Below are positions 13,078 through 27,024 of a stretch of 64,000 bases of DNA, one piece after another. The translations under genes were made by a program, and so were the position numbers. The notes below the pieces were generated by a model. It was not told the DNA's origin. It did no database searches and was given only the letters and a program-made list of their open reading frames with translations. The DNA lies in NCBI RefSeq assembly GCF_006345805.1, contig NC_043009.1, positions 13,764,001 to 13,828,000 on the forward strand. The letters are read 5' to 3'. Source of the DNA: Octopus sinensis. Taxonomy: Eukaryota. The first letter of the stretch is position 1, and each line of letters starts with the position of its first letter.

Positions 13078-13866
13078 TTGGGTCATCCCATAAATGATGC
13101 GGTTTTTCAATTGCATAAACTACCTGCATCATCAACTAACTATAAAAACAGGTAGTAATTTTCCCTTGTATTTATTCTTAGTACAAGTTTTGAAGAGTGT
13201 AGTTCGATTTGAAGTTATTTTTTCAAAGCTATAATGGAAATGACAAAGCAGCATATTCGGCATATTTTGCGATGAATATCAATACAGCATATGGGGATTG
13301 GACAATAAGCATAAACCAGAAGACGAGCCTCATCCTGGAAGAGCTATAGAGCTGAACGAGGACATCCTGCAAACGCTGGTGGAACAAAATCCCATCGTAA
13401 CTGTTGAAGAACTAACAGAGACCCTTGGATTTGATCCTCCAACCATTCACTGACACCTGCGACTGAAGGAAAATGACTACCTTTGGTTCCAATACGAAAT
13501 GTGTTCTTCCATCAGGATAAAGCTCAAGCCATATACAGGGAGAATGACATTCCAAAGGCGGGAGCAGTTTTAATGGAAACGATGCTCCATCCATCATATT
13601 TGTCGGACATTGCCCCAGCTGATTATCATTTATTCCGCAGTCTTCATTTGGACGGAAAAAATATGAATTCTGTAGACTAGGTGAGAACAGTAGTGGAGGA
13701 GTACTTTTTGTCACGGATCAGTGAATTTTCGAACAAAAGCTTTGTAAGTCTACAACATAGATAGAAGAGCATTGTAGAAAATGAAGAAGAGTGTAGTTTA
13801 GATTAAAAATGAATTTTCTGAAAAATAAAAGTATTAAAAAACCGCATTATTTATGGAATGACCCAA
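13078..13866 (+). mobile_element. Internally deleted mariner (DD34D-type) transposon
   Basis: ~29-bp TIRs (ttgggtcatcccataaatgatgcggtttt / aaaaccgcattatttatggaatgacccaa) with TA on the left. Transposase remnants: EDEPHPGRAIELNEDILQTLVEQNP (HTH) and FHQDKA...HPSYLSDIAPADYHLFRSL (cf. HPPYSPDLAPSDYHLF). Confidence 0.9.
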
Positions 13867-13873
13867 TGACCCA

Positions 13874-13941
<68 letters not shown>

Positions 13942-14082
13942 TCCATTTTATCTCTTCGTTGTTTTAGTCTGTGGAGAACTTCCGTGGAACTGCGTTGAAG
14001 GGTTTTTATCAAACGAATTGAACCTGTACATATTTATCTAAAACCTAGTACTCTCTCTCTCTCTCTTTCTCTCTCTCCCTCC

Positions 14083-14148
<66 letters not shown>

Positions 14149-14152
<4 letters not shown>

Positions 14153-14478
14153 AGGCGCATGTGGTTAGAGCGTAGAGCTTACGATTGTGAAGGTTGTGAG
14201 TTCGATTCCCGGACCAGGCAGCGTGTCGTGTTCTTGATCAAGACACTTCATTTCACGTTGCTCCAGTTCACTCAGCTGTAGAAATGAGTTGCGACATCAC
14301 TAGTGCCAAGCTGTATTGGCCTTTGCTTTTCCCTTGGATAACATCAGTGGTGTGGAGAGGGGAGGCTGGTATGCATGGGTGACTGCTGGCCTTTCACAAA
14401 CAGTCTTACCCTGACTTGTGCCTTGGAGGGTAACTTTCTAGGTGCAATCCCATGGTCATTCATGACCGAAGGGTGTCT
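14149..14478 (+). mobile_element. tRNA-derived SINE, family C
   Basis: Head gtggttagagcg...gagttcgattccc (A and B boxes), then ttcttgatcaagacacttcatttcac..ctccagttcactcagctgtagaaatgag, a CORE/V/Deu-like central domain. Confidence 0.8.
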
Positions 14479-14937
14479 CCTACAGTACTATATATATTAC
14501 TTTGAGCTTTTTGTCTCCAAAATCCACTCACAAGGCTTTGGTCAATATAAAATATCTATATTATACACCAATCTGTCTGGCCATGAATTCGCAGCCTAAA
14601 ATTAGTCCACATGTATAACAGTCTCTAATTCCGCTGTGTTTCCACATAGCCTCACCGAGTATCTCTTATGCATTGGTAGATGAAAAAAAAAAGAAATTTA
14701 TAAAAGAAATTCAATTGAACTATTTTTATAATAGTTCTCGTCGTTTTTATCGCTGTTGTCGTTGTAGTTGCCATTGACGTTGTCATAGTTGTTATTGTTG
14801 GTGGTATTGGTTGCGGTGGTGGTATTTAATATTTCTGTTGCTGGCGTTTTCAATGCATTCATGGATTCCAACAGGCTGTTCTTCTTATTCAAGTAGAAAT
14901 CGCAATTATATTTTTAAATCAAGTCACATACCCATTA

Positions 14938-15100
<163 letters not shown>

Positions 15101-18100
15101 TTTCAATTACACACATACGCCATTGCGTCCTTGTGGCAAATGAATTGAAGCACCTCTTCTTCTTATTCTTATTCTTATTCTTATTCTTATTCTTATTCTA
15201 AATAACATTAATAATTTAGCTTTATAGGTCAATACATTAAAAAGAAGTTATTCAAAATTGAAAGTAATTACAATAGTACGTTGCACTCCGTCCATCCATA
15301 TATCCTCCCGACTAAATAAAGTCTTCTAAGCCATACTTTACCTCCTGACTCAATGTGAGGGTGTATGCGTGTGCATGTGTGTGTGGGGTAGTATGTTTGT
15401 GTGTGTGACTGTATGAGAGTGTGTGCGTATGTGTTTGTGCGTGTGTCTGCAAATTGTAAGATACTTTTAAGGCACAAATCAAGATATCTCAGTTCAAATA
15501 TTAAAATATATACAGAATAAAGTGTACAGCATTCAAAGAATTAGTCTACAATTATATGCATAACATCGGAATACATACAAAAGACATACATATTAATATT
15601 GAAAACAGGGATACAGAAATTAAGACCATTTAAACAAAAATATAGGAACCCCGTTCACAACAAATATTTCTAGAACACTATAGAAATCATTACCACGATG
15701 AAACAACTCTAAGATCGCCATCAACAAGGAAGTTTGTAGCTCAAAAGCCTTGACCCAAAACATTTTATCTTTGTCATTTAAAAATATATTTGCAAAATCA
15801 TAAAGCTAAGCGTAATTAATATCATAGTTAGAACTTTAGCGATATTTTATCGTTAGATGTAAATTTGACGTCAGATAGCTCTCAGAGCATCTATACTATA
15901 ATGGAGAAAGCTGCTTCTTAATTAGGTATGTAACATTTACTAAAAGTACTAAACGAAAGCAATTATTGAAGGGTTGACCGTCAAAATATATTTTTATAAA
16001 TTCATGTTCTAAGAAATTTCCTATAATTTCGTTTTCTCAAGTTCATTGAATTTTTTAACTTCAACTCTTCGGAAATTTAAATATTCATATCATTCTCTGC
16101 GTCCAGTTCTTCACAAATTTAAATAGTCATCACACGGACTGCGGAGTATTCCATTTTCCTTTGCAAAGTCTTTAACTTTCCCTTTCAATGTTGTCCTTTC
16201 GAGTTTTGATTCGCTATTTGGAAAACCGACAGTATATTCTATTAATGTATACGTAATGTAAAACCAGTTTTAGAAACAGAGATTATGACAGTGGCAAAAT
16301 AATGAAAGCAATATTTACTTAGCAAGCACTTTTGTACAAAAAAATAATTAGACGTAAAATATTAAAAATTACTAGAATTGGGAGTCAAATGTGAAAATAT
16401 TAACAAGTAACAAGCATAAAACCGCCCGGAGGGCAGTCTCTCTGCTAGTCAATATTAATTATGCTTATACGTATGTGTATGTGCTGTTGTATGTGAGTGC
16501 GTGTGTGTGTGTGTGCATGCGCGAGTGCATGCCTGTCTATGCATGTATATGTGTGTGTGTGTATGTGCGTGTGAGTGCCTGTGTTTGTACTTATGTGTCT
16601 GTAGATTATCACAAACGTCGAATGGCTGCATCTGAGTGTGTATATGTGTATGTCCATGTATACTAAAACTAGGTAAATAAATCAGGAGCCAGCTAAAAGC
16701 AAAGTATTTCGTTGCTGATTGTCCAATCTTTGGCCTCTTTTTCTCCTAAACTGCAACACAAATCCGTTTGTGACCGATTTGCCTACTTTGCTTAAATTAT
16801 ACCAAATGTATAAACTCTAACTCCACTCGAGCACTCCTCTTAGACAGATTAGTTAAAATGTATCTTGACTTTTAGATTTTGTAATCAGCATTAATGCATA
16901 CTATGTTCATTATAGTTGTTAAGTAAGTAAAATCACTTTACTTGCACATACCAAAAGATGTCTGTGAGTCGTTTCTACAGATGGTTTTTCGAAAAAAGCG
17001 GCATGCTTCTCATACATGACCAGCAATTTCGAGAATTCTGATCTACCGTCAAAGGCATTTTACCTATGACCAAACTACTTTTAATTGTATGTGTGTGTAT
17101 AAACTTGCCAATTTGTGATTCCAAATTTTAAAGAAAGTAGGATGTGATTTAGTTACTATTTCAAGCTAGTGGAGTGACTACATAGAGCCTCACATTTTTC
17201 CCCGTAAGTAAACAGCGTAATATATGGGTGTTTAAGGAAACTCAGTTGCATGTTCCCACTGAAGAGTGATACGGAACTCTCTTTTCATATGAGCAATGAA
17301 AGTGTTTTATTCTCAACAATTCCGATTTTATTCAGACTGACTATATTTAAGACTATACGATCCATCAGGTACAAGCATTTTAAAAGGATAATGTTTGGAT
17401 TGAATGAGATTTGACAGCTATTTCTTGCATTTTTAGAGAACACACAGAAATTTCGTGTTAAATCATGACTTCCATATTTGTAAGATAAGATATGCAGAGT
17501 TAATTTTAGCGTCTGTATTGAGATGTGGTTTCAGTTACAAGATTTCCGGTTACGAAGCTTTCGTTGCAACCATTCTGTATTAGAGTCCTTGATAACAGAA
17601 ACACTAGCAAAATATATAAATTTGGGACGTATAATTTTTACTGTCTTGAAAATTACAGGCTAATTGTAAAAGTGCAATTGTTCTGGCTGATAGTATTTCA
17701 GGTTAAAATCGTTAATTAGGATCAGACATGCCTTGAGAAGAACAAATATATCACTGGTCACATATCTGAATAAAAAATTTAGTTAAAGGATCCCGCACTG
17801 CAAGACTTTTGCAGGACGCCATGTTCGACTTAGTGAAGCTGCTCTGCTTGCCATGAATACTGACCAATAGCAATAAAAGCTTTGCCAATCTGCATAAATA
17901 TTGAGCATTGTACATGTCATTTTAGAATCGAAATATGGTGTGGAAAGAGTGACATTTTAACGATACTCGTGTAGAAGAGAGAGGAAGAAACAGAAGAACT
18001 GGGAGTTTTTAATAGAATCGAATATCCTGGAGGTGGAAGTAAAGAGGAACCTATAGTTAATGAGTTATCTCTATATTGATCAATGTATGGACAACTCAGA

Positions 18101-18344
18101 TGACGGACGCAAAATATTCTTTCAGTGGTTTGACGTCAACACCAAAATAAATCATATCTCAATCCTACAATAAGCTGTCTTTATATCTACATCCTCTGTC
18201 TTACAGAACTTGGTTTTCCATCATTATCTTTTTCTCTTTTTAATCAATCATTCCTCCCTTTCTTTCTCTTTACTTTTCTGAATGTTATCATTACCACAGC
18301 TATTACTCTTCCGTCTCTTTCTCTCCCTCACTGCCTTTGTTTCA

Positions 18345-18399
18345 CTGTCAGTTTGTCTGTCTGTCTGTCTGTCTGTCTCTGTATGTCTGTCTGTCTGTC

Positions 18400-18460
<61 letters not shown>
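18345..18460. repeat. (TGTC)n/(CT)n microsatellite
   Basis: Directly visible. Confidence 0.95.
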
Positions 18461-18462
<2 letters not shown>

Positions 18463-19126
18463 ATCCAAGGCCTGTTTTCCACTACATTTCCTCGTCTTTC
18501 GCCATCATATATTCTTTCCGCTCTTGTCTCAATTGCCCTTTCACCATTCGCTCACACTTTATACTCATTTGTTACCTCTACCTCATATTTTCCCACCAAA
18601 TGAGGCAGCATCTCTATTCCTCGTCACACTATTTTCCGTGATTGCATTTTCGTTAATTGACTGCTAAAGTAGTTGGATGATTTCTCTTTGATCTCGTTTA
18701 GCTTATTATTAATTTCCTCTACGCTTCGCGTCTCTGCACAACGTGTCTTAAATCTATTATTGTCAATGAAAGATTATACATATACGGATATATCCCTGTT
18801 CGTTTCATTTCGTATTCTTCACGTTCTTTGCCCATCTAACAGAGATAAAATTTTCATTTTACCTTTACCGTTTGTGTACTGATTTTCCTTCCATATCTCC
18901 GATTTTTTCGTGTACACACATCTATATACTGGCAGCTCCATGCTTTTGACAACACCGGGTGGAAGAATATTATCGAAAGATGTTGAAATCTCGATGATGT
19001 CTAATCGACAACTGATGCAGTTAGTGAACAGGCTTAAGTCAATTTGTACCAGTGTCGTTGTTCTTCGAATATTCTTTTTCTTCATTGACCAAACTTTGAA
19101 AACACAGACGCTGTGTGTGTGTGTGT

Positions 19127-19164
<38 letters not shown>

Positions 19165-19165
19165 C

Positions 19166-19216
<51 letters not shown>

Positions 19217-20589
19217 CGTGTTTTCTGGGTCTCATTTTATAAATATCTTAATTTTCCATTTAATGGATTCTATCTCTGAAGATTAGTATGAATGAAGTAA
19301 AAAAAAATATTTTTATCACCCATTAGCAGCGTCCTTGTAGATACTATTATATCCATATGCGCTCTAATCCGACTGTTTGATACAAATGACAAGCAACTCA
19401 ATATATATAATTGTTTACTGAGGCTTCTTATATTTAACTTGGCATTTTACATGCGTAGATGAAATTTCATTTTATACTCCAAATATACTAATATTTACAC
19501 ATCATAGATGTATGTGAATAGCTATATCAAATATTGGCGAATTATGGAAAATCCTATTGTATTTGACGGTTTGAATGAAATAGTTGTAGCTATTAATTAT
19601 TTAACATATAATTTATTGTAAGCAGCCATCCACAAAAATATTGCGACAAAATTCCCTTGTTAGATTTCCTGTAAATTAGCTTATTCACAGAATTTTATTT
19701 CAGAGAGTATTTGCACCTCCCCACGCCAATGATTCGCTTATGAAAAGCAAAAATTCTGCGAAGCATACAGTCAGCAGCCATATATTTCATTCAAAATTTC
19801 AGTTGTAGTATTTTATTCAGTAAAATCTAGATTTTTATTATCAATTCGTACTTGCTTGCTTTCCGTTGCTAAGGCTTATTATAATACAGATATGGCTTCT
19901 AGCAGTTACAGGTCAAACAACCTTATCGAATTTTCTTTTTGGTCATGGTTACTGTACTTTTAATCACTGGTCAACTGAATGAGGAAAGACGTGAGTATTA
20001 TACAGCAACAAAAACAACAGTGCTGATTGTGTTTATAATGATGAAACATGCATATCATTTTAATACAAAATTACAGCTAGACTGATCGTTAGTGTTTTGA
20101 CAGCGAACAAAGTGCAGTGTCAATGAATAGATACTTCAATTGATATATTATACTTGCGTATGTTGTGCTATTTACTGTTTCTGCATAACATCGTATTTTT
20201 ATATGTGTATGATATGTTTTATTGGGGTTATGTACTTATAAGACAAAGAGAATAAAGAGAAAACAGATTGATAATACTTATTATTTAGTGGGCTTCACAA
20301 ACCAAAATGAAATGTCTGTGTTTGCTCCAATATTTACCATCTCAAATCCGTGTTGCCACTTCATCAAATATGTTCTGCGACTTTAGTTAAATCAAATATT
20401 TTGCTAAAATAATAAGTCCCTAGACAATTCTTTAAATTATTCTATAATACATATGGTAATTCAAGAATAATCGCAAATATACAGAAGTATGTATATTTAC
20501 AGAGACAGACACAGGCAAAATTATGAAAAACGCGTAAAAACTCTTTCCCTCCCCCTTTTCTATTCATCGTATATATAACAGACAATATA

Positions 20590-21172
<583 letters not shown>

Positions 21173-21701
21173 TGTTTCTTTATTAGCCACACAGGGCTGC
21201 ACACAGATAGAACAAATTACAAGGTAGAGCTAGATAGATAGATAATCTGTTATTTAGTCTAGCTGATACGCAGATGCATAATATTGCTGCCACAATATTT
21301 GTCTTGTGTATATGTTAGTGTGTACATATACACTCAGTTCAATAAATAGATGCATAATTATATGCAAACACGTACTAATGATGTATATAGGTACAGATAA
21401 GTACATATTTCTACAAATACCTACAAATTTCATTCACAGACGATATGAATGAAAATATAGATACACACACACAGTGTACATCTCAGGTGTATGTATGTAT
21501 GTACGTATATATGTATATATGTATATATGTATATATGTATATATGTATATATGTATATATGTATATATGTATATATGTATGTACGTATATATGTATATGT
21601 GTGTTTGGATATATATATATATAATATATATATATATATATACATACATATCTATATACATATATAAATACACAGACACACATACACACACACACACACA
21701 C

Positions 21702-21751
<50 letters not shown>

Positions 21752-21805
21752 CATATCTATATACATATATAAATACACAGACACACATACACACACACAC
21801 ACACA

Positions 21806-21876
<71 letters not shown>

Positions 21877-22224
21877 TATATACGCACACGTGTATGTACG
21901 GATGTATATATGTATGTATGTAAATTCACATATCTACGACCTTGCTAGCTGTAAACAAGAACATTGTTTTACACATTCTCATCTTTCAAAACAAAGAACA
22001 CTATTTATCATTATGCTTGCGAGTATTTTTATGCCTATGTGTTCGTGCGATAATATATCTATGTCTGTAAGCCCTTAGGTGTGTGTATTCTTCGCTTTGA
22101 CTTTTCGGAGAATGTAAACATTCCATTTAGTTCTTTTTCATTTTCATATTTTCCGTATAATTAGTCTATGTTTATTTGAAAAGCGATTCATTACTATATA
22201 TCTGATTATGTATATTACTCTTTA

Positions 22225-22446
22225 CTCTTTACTCTTTTACTTGTTTCAGTCATTTGACTGCGGCCATGCTTGAGCACTGCCTTTAGTCGAGCAAATCGAC
22301 CCCGGGACTTATTCTTTGTAAGCCCAGTACTTATTCTATCGGTCTCTTTTGCCGACCCGCTAAGTGACGGGGACGTAAACACACCAGCATCGGTTGTCAA
22401 GCAATGCTAGGGGACAAACACAGACACACAAACATATACACACACG

Positions 22447-22484
<38 letters not shown>

Positions 22485-22625
22485 TACGACAGGCTTCTTT
22501 CAGTTTCCGTCTACCAAATCCACTCACAAGGCTTTGGTCGGCCCGGGGCTATAGCAGAAGACACCTGCCCAAGATGCCACGCAGTGGGACTGAACCCGGA
22601 ACCATGTGGTTGGTTAGCAAACTAC
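22225..22625 (-). mobile_element. tRNA-derived SINE, family B, near full length
   Basis: Reverse complement of the 9258 copy; tail (ttactct)n at the low-coordinate end. Confidence 0.9.
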
Positions 22626-23139
22626 TTACCACACAGCCACTCATGTGTATGAGAATAGCAAAACTGCTGTAGTTTCTGCTATGAGAGGACAGAGGCCGGA
22701 TTTCCATATCCACTTATGTCTTCCATTTCAGTTGTGAATTAGTCTCAAATGGCATTACCCCTATAAAGGTGCAACTTAACACTTCTAATGAATTGAAGTC
22801 GAGAAAGTTAATACTGAGAAATAATAATGAAATTTAAATGTGAAACTTCATATCGACTGTAAGTAATGATGATAGACTTAGTGGACGTAGGAAATTCGTC
22901 TTTTGGTAGTAATCTTAATTTGGAATGCATTAAAATTGTTATTTTCGGTTTCTGCTGAAGTACATATAGATTAGAACAAAGCACAGGATAACAATTAACA
23001 TTGATGCAGCTAATTAAATCAGTAATTTTACCATCGTACAGAATATATCTTGAGGTCGATGAAGACGACAGTTGAGCATTATTATCAATCCAGAGACACA
23101 GCATCGTAGTATCGCAAGAATTTGAACTAACCACAATTT

Positions 23140-23577
23140 AAAGTTAGAGTATGTTGTCAACTTAATGTGACATTCCCATAAAAGGGAAGAATGCTACTGT
23201 TTGGACTTGACACATTTCCTCAATCCTTATGTTTTCAAGATGGAGATAAGCATCTCCACCCAGTAAAGCCAGCATACAGAGACAAGTTTCAGAGTCATTG
23301 CTCATCATCAGTCTGGAGTAGCATGGCTTGCAAGCTGTCGACGCCTATCGGCCTTTGAAAACATATATATTTCAAGTGAAATACATTCACTGATTTTTGA
23401 AAATAGGAATAATATATGGCTTTGCTGAGTGGAGGTTCTTATCTCCACTTTGAAAACATAAGGACACAGGAAATGTGTCAAGTCCCACATGAAACTGTGT
23501 TCCCTAGGGCTAAATAACAGTAGCATTCTTCCCTTTCATGGGACTGTCACATTAAGTTGACAACATACTATCACTTT
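23140..23577. mobile_element. Fold-back made of two inverted copies of a small Penelope/retrozyme-like repeat
   Basis: Arms 23140-23271 and 23417-23577 are reverse complements, apart from a ~30-nt indel; a third copy lies at 31100-31330. Confidence 0.7.
23277..23315 (-). ncRNA. Minimal type I hammerhead ribozyme motif
   Basis: CAGA-CUGAUGA-UGAG(CAAUGA)CUCU-GAAAC(UU)GUC-UCUG. Stem I has 4 bp, the core is intact and the cleavage triplet is GUC; the 10.1-11.1 pair is a non-canonical U.U. Confidence 0.65.
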
Positions 23578-23983
23578 ATCGTGCTGCTACTGCACGAATC
23601 TCTCTAAGAGATTTAGAATCTATAACCACATTTAGATTCTATAACCACAGTTTGTTTTGAGAATCTCTTACAATTAAGCTTTGACGTTCTATTAACTCTT
23701 TTTACAATGACATTAGTAGTAAATGTCAGTGGAGACGTGGAAAGCTATGATAAGCTGTAATGGTTTCAAAAGATCGATTTTCGCTTGAAAACTTTTATCT
23801 AGCATTCCGCGTAGACGGGAAGAATATAAATATATCAGGAACGGTATAGGAAATCTACTGAAGTTATACAGTGACATGTCATGCTAAATATTGTTCCAAA
23901 GTTTACAACAATGCCCACAAACAAAGAAATATATATACCTTCATACATACATACATACACACATACATACGTACATACATACA

Positions 23984-24110
23984 TACAGGTGCAAACAGGT
24001 CACGAGAAAAATAAATCACGCAAAGTTAATTAGCAAAGATATTATTAATTTTGTTATTATCTAGTGTATTTATTTTAAAATGATAATAACAGAATCTATA
24101 ATATAGGCGA
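23984..24110 (-). mobile_element. Solo Tc1/mariner terminal fragment
   Basis: Diverged direct copy of 24462-24560 (tacagg.gcaaaca...gaaaaataa.tcacg.aaa.ttaatt.gc.aagatattattaattttgttattat). Confidence 0.55.
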
Positions 24111-24461
24111 TTGCAGGCCCCCCAATGACATTAAATGGCTGAATGATAGAAATTAATGAAAGGACATACGAAGTATGTCTACCTGCTGGAAATAACAGTC
24201 AAAACTTATTTAAATCATCAAAATACACTGATGATAACTACAGAATCAACCGAAGGTGAATCAGGTTAAGACAATCTCCCAACGTAGCTTTAAGTATTTA
24301 GACTCACGTGGACCGGTTTCTGCACTGACAAAAATAGTCTTAGCTTCTTCAACACGCGTTACCTTAATAGAGACTTCCAAACTATCGTTTTGGAGTCTGC
24401 GCCGCAACTGATTTGATTTGCGCCGAAATCATGGCAGTCACCATTTTGGAAATAATCACAA

Positions 24462-25867
24462 TACAGGGGCAAACAATTCACCAGAAAAATAATTCACGAA
24501 AAATTAATTTGCGAAGATATTATTAATTTTGTTATTATATAGTGTAATTAATTTAAGATATACGTACATACATACATATATATATATATATAATAACAAA
24601 GGGTAAAATTAATTAATTAAGAAGTAATCAATAATTTCACCAAGTAGAATTCGGTATGAAAAAAGACCATTTCACGGTAAACTTAAGTAATACTTATTAA
24701 TAAGGGTTCAGCAAAGATTTGCTTTACCACTTACCGAAGCTTAGAAATAGAGACCAAAAAATCTTAGCTATTTCTTCTACTTTAAAAAGGGACTCCTAGA
24801 GAAACCAAAATACTTGAAAATAATTCACACAGGCAGAGAATAAAGCAACGAAAATCAATTTAACAATATATATAATAACAGATAACTTTATTTATCAAAA
24901 ATAGCTTTGAGGATAAAAATAAACCTTCTTTTCTATAATGTTTTTTTTTCAACAAAACCACTTTCAGCTTCAACAACTGCTTCTAAATGAGATCTAAATC
25001 ATCTACATGCACGAATCAAGTGGTTCTGGTTCATTTTGGACATTACGCTGACTATGACGGCTTTCAAAGAATCTTTGGTGATATGGGCGTGTTCATTGAC
25101 CTCTCGCTCAACAACGCTCCACATAAAATAGTCCAATGAATTGAGATTTGGAGAATTAGGAGGCCAAATGTTAGGGATATGTGATCATATCTTTCAGCCA
25201 GCAAAACTTTCAGCCATCCATTCCTGTATTACTAGAGCCATGTGTGATAGTGCAGCGTCTTACTGAAACATATATGCCCTTCCATTGCATACATTCTCTA
25301 TCCAGGGTTTAACAATTATTTCCAGGTCCTCAATGTAGGCGACAGACAACTCTAAAGCCTTCTGGAAAGAAGAAGGAGGTATCACATGTCCTTCAAGGCT
25401 GACAAACTCTAAAACCAAGAGAGTTACAGGAAATTTTGTATGCATAACACTTGGAGCTTCAGAAGGGCACATAAACATCTGTCATTTCTTCTGTTAACTT
25501 TTTAATCTTGGTCGAAGTTTTTCACGTTTGAGAAAAATCAAATCAAATCTTCTACTGAATTTTTTAGTTTGTTTAAGAACATTCTAGGTCTAATGTAGTG
25601 ATTTCCACTTGTTTTTTTTCTGACAAATTGACCTTTTCTCGTCATATAAGACTTATATCTGATGTCTTTGTGGTCAACATTTCTGACTGTTCTTTCTGAT
25701 AGATGGAGATCTTTTGTAAGGGTCTGTTGAATTTGTTGGATAAATTCAGGTGTTCTAATGATATCATAGCGTTTAGAATGCTTCTTATGCTTTAATACTA
25801 GTGTTACGTTTCTATCTTCAGTCTCTAGCTCCTTACAAACTTTGTAGTTATTATTTCTTTAACGTAT

Positions 25868-25870
<3 letters not shown>
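24462..25870 (-). mobile_element. Decayed Tc1/mariner-superfamily transposon (maT/DD37D-like), interrupted near its 3' end
   Basis: Minus frames: RTPEFIQQIQQ..DLHLSERTVRNVDHKDIRYKSY, APSVMHTKFPVTLLVLEFVSLEGHVIPP, VKPWIENVCNGRAYMFQ(Q)DAA, IWPPNSPNLNSLDYFMWSVVER, HLEAVVEAESGFVE. Terminus TA-CAGGGGC at 24462. Confidence 0.85.
24590..24900. mobile_element. Penelope-like terminal fragment inserted in the Tc1/mariner element
   Basis: Similar to the arms of the 53481-53827 palindrome (ttcggtatg.aaa.gacca..t.cggtaaa...ttagaaatag..g.caaaaaa). Confidence 0.5.
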
Positions 25871-25872
<2 letters not shown>

Positions 25873-25938
<66 letters not shown>

Positions 25939-25960
25939 ACACACACATACACACACACAA
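25873..25960. repeat. (AC)n microsatellite
   Basis: Directly visible. Confidence 0.95.
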
Positions 25961-26989
25961 TATATATATATAATATATATATAATATACATAAATGATTG
26001 ATACGGAAGATGGAGTGTAACTAGAACTGTGTGTGTGTATCTAGAACCTGGGTGGGGAACGATGAAAGGATATCACTTGCCTCGCACAGTGCAGAGAGCC
26101 TCATCAAGTGACGTAAGATGCTTCAAAAGTTTTAAGACTTACATTTCGCTCCAGGTTCGATGCTGGTGATATGGTGTGTTGCTTGTAGTTCACACAGATA
26201 TTCTCAGTTCAGCAATGTGAGTGAACTACTAGCAACGCACCATAACACCAACAGCATCGGACTTGGAGTGAAATGTAAATTTTGTAAAATTTGAAGTATG
26301 TTAGGTCACCTGATGAGACTGCTTGCGCTGAGCGACGCAACTGATGTCGGTACACTGCACGAGTGAAAACATATAGGAAAGCGGATTTGAAGATGCAGAG
26401 GTATTTTAAAGATATTTATTGTCTTGACCGGTTTCACATTTCAAAATTAAAATGATGTGTGTATGGGTCTGTGTATGTGTGTGTCTTATATTTAGCAAGG
26501 TGGTGCGTGTATATGTGTGCATGTTTGTGAATGTATGTATGTGTGTAATTTGCATTTGTCAGTGTGGTGTGTGTGCGTATGTGTGTCTATGTGTTTGTTC
26601 GTGTATTTATGTGTGAGTCTGCGTGTGTGCGTGTGTACGTGTATGTACGTGTACTTGAGTATGTGTGTGTGTGTATCTCTGTCTGTGTATGTTTGTAGTT
26701 TTATAATTATCCAGTAGATGTGTACGTGCGTGCATCCGTATGTGTGTGAGGGTGCATATGTATGTATGTGTGTGTGTGAGTGTGTTGTATTTGTCGGGGG
26801 TTCTGTGTCCGTGTGCGTTACGTTTATCCGTGTGGTGTATATGTGTCTGCGTGTACATACTGTACGTGTTTGTATTGAGTATGTGTTTGTGTGTGTATAT
26901 GTAGGTGTGGTTTATGTAGTTTTCGAGTGTGTGTGTGCACGTGTGTGTGTGTGCACATGTGTGTGTGCTAGACTCGTATTGCATGTGTA

Positions 26990-27024
<35 letters not shown>

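Noticed and set aside
18819-19242. Overlapping ORFs on both strands
   Set aside because: They are extended by (TG)n, splice signals are weak and there is no recognisable domain.
21641-21850. ~105-bp duplicated compound microsatellite
   Set aside because: Ordinary slippage or unequal exchange within simple repeats.
24224-24262. CTGATGA...CCGAAG (also 26309 CTGATGAG and 5409 CTGAAGA)
   Set aside because: No pairing stem II and/or no GAAA at the required position.
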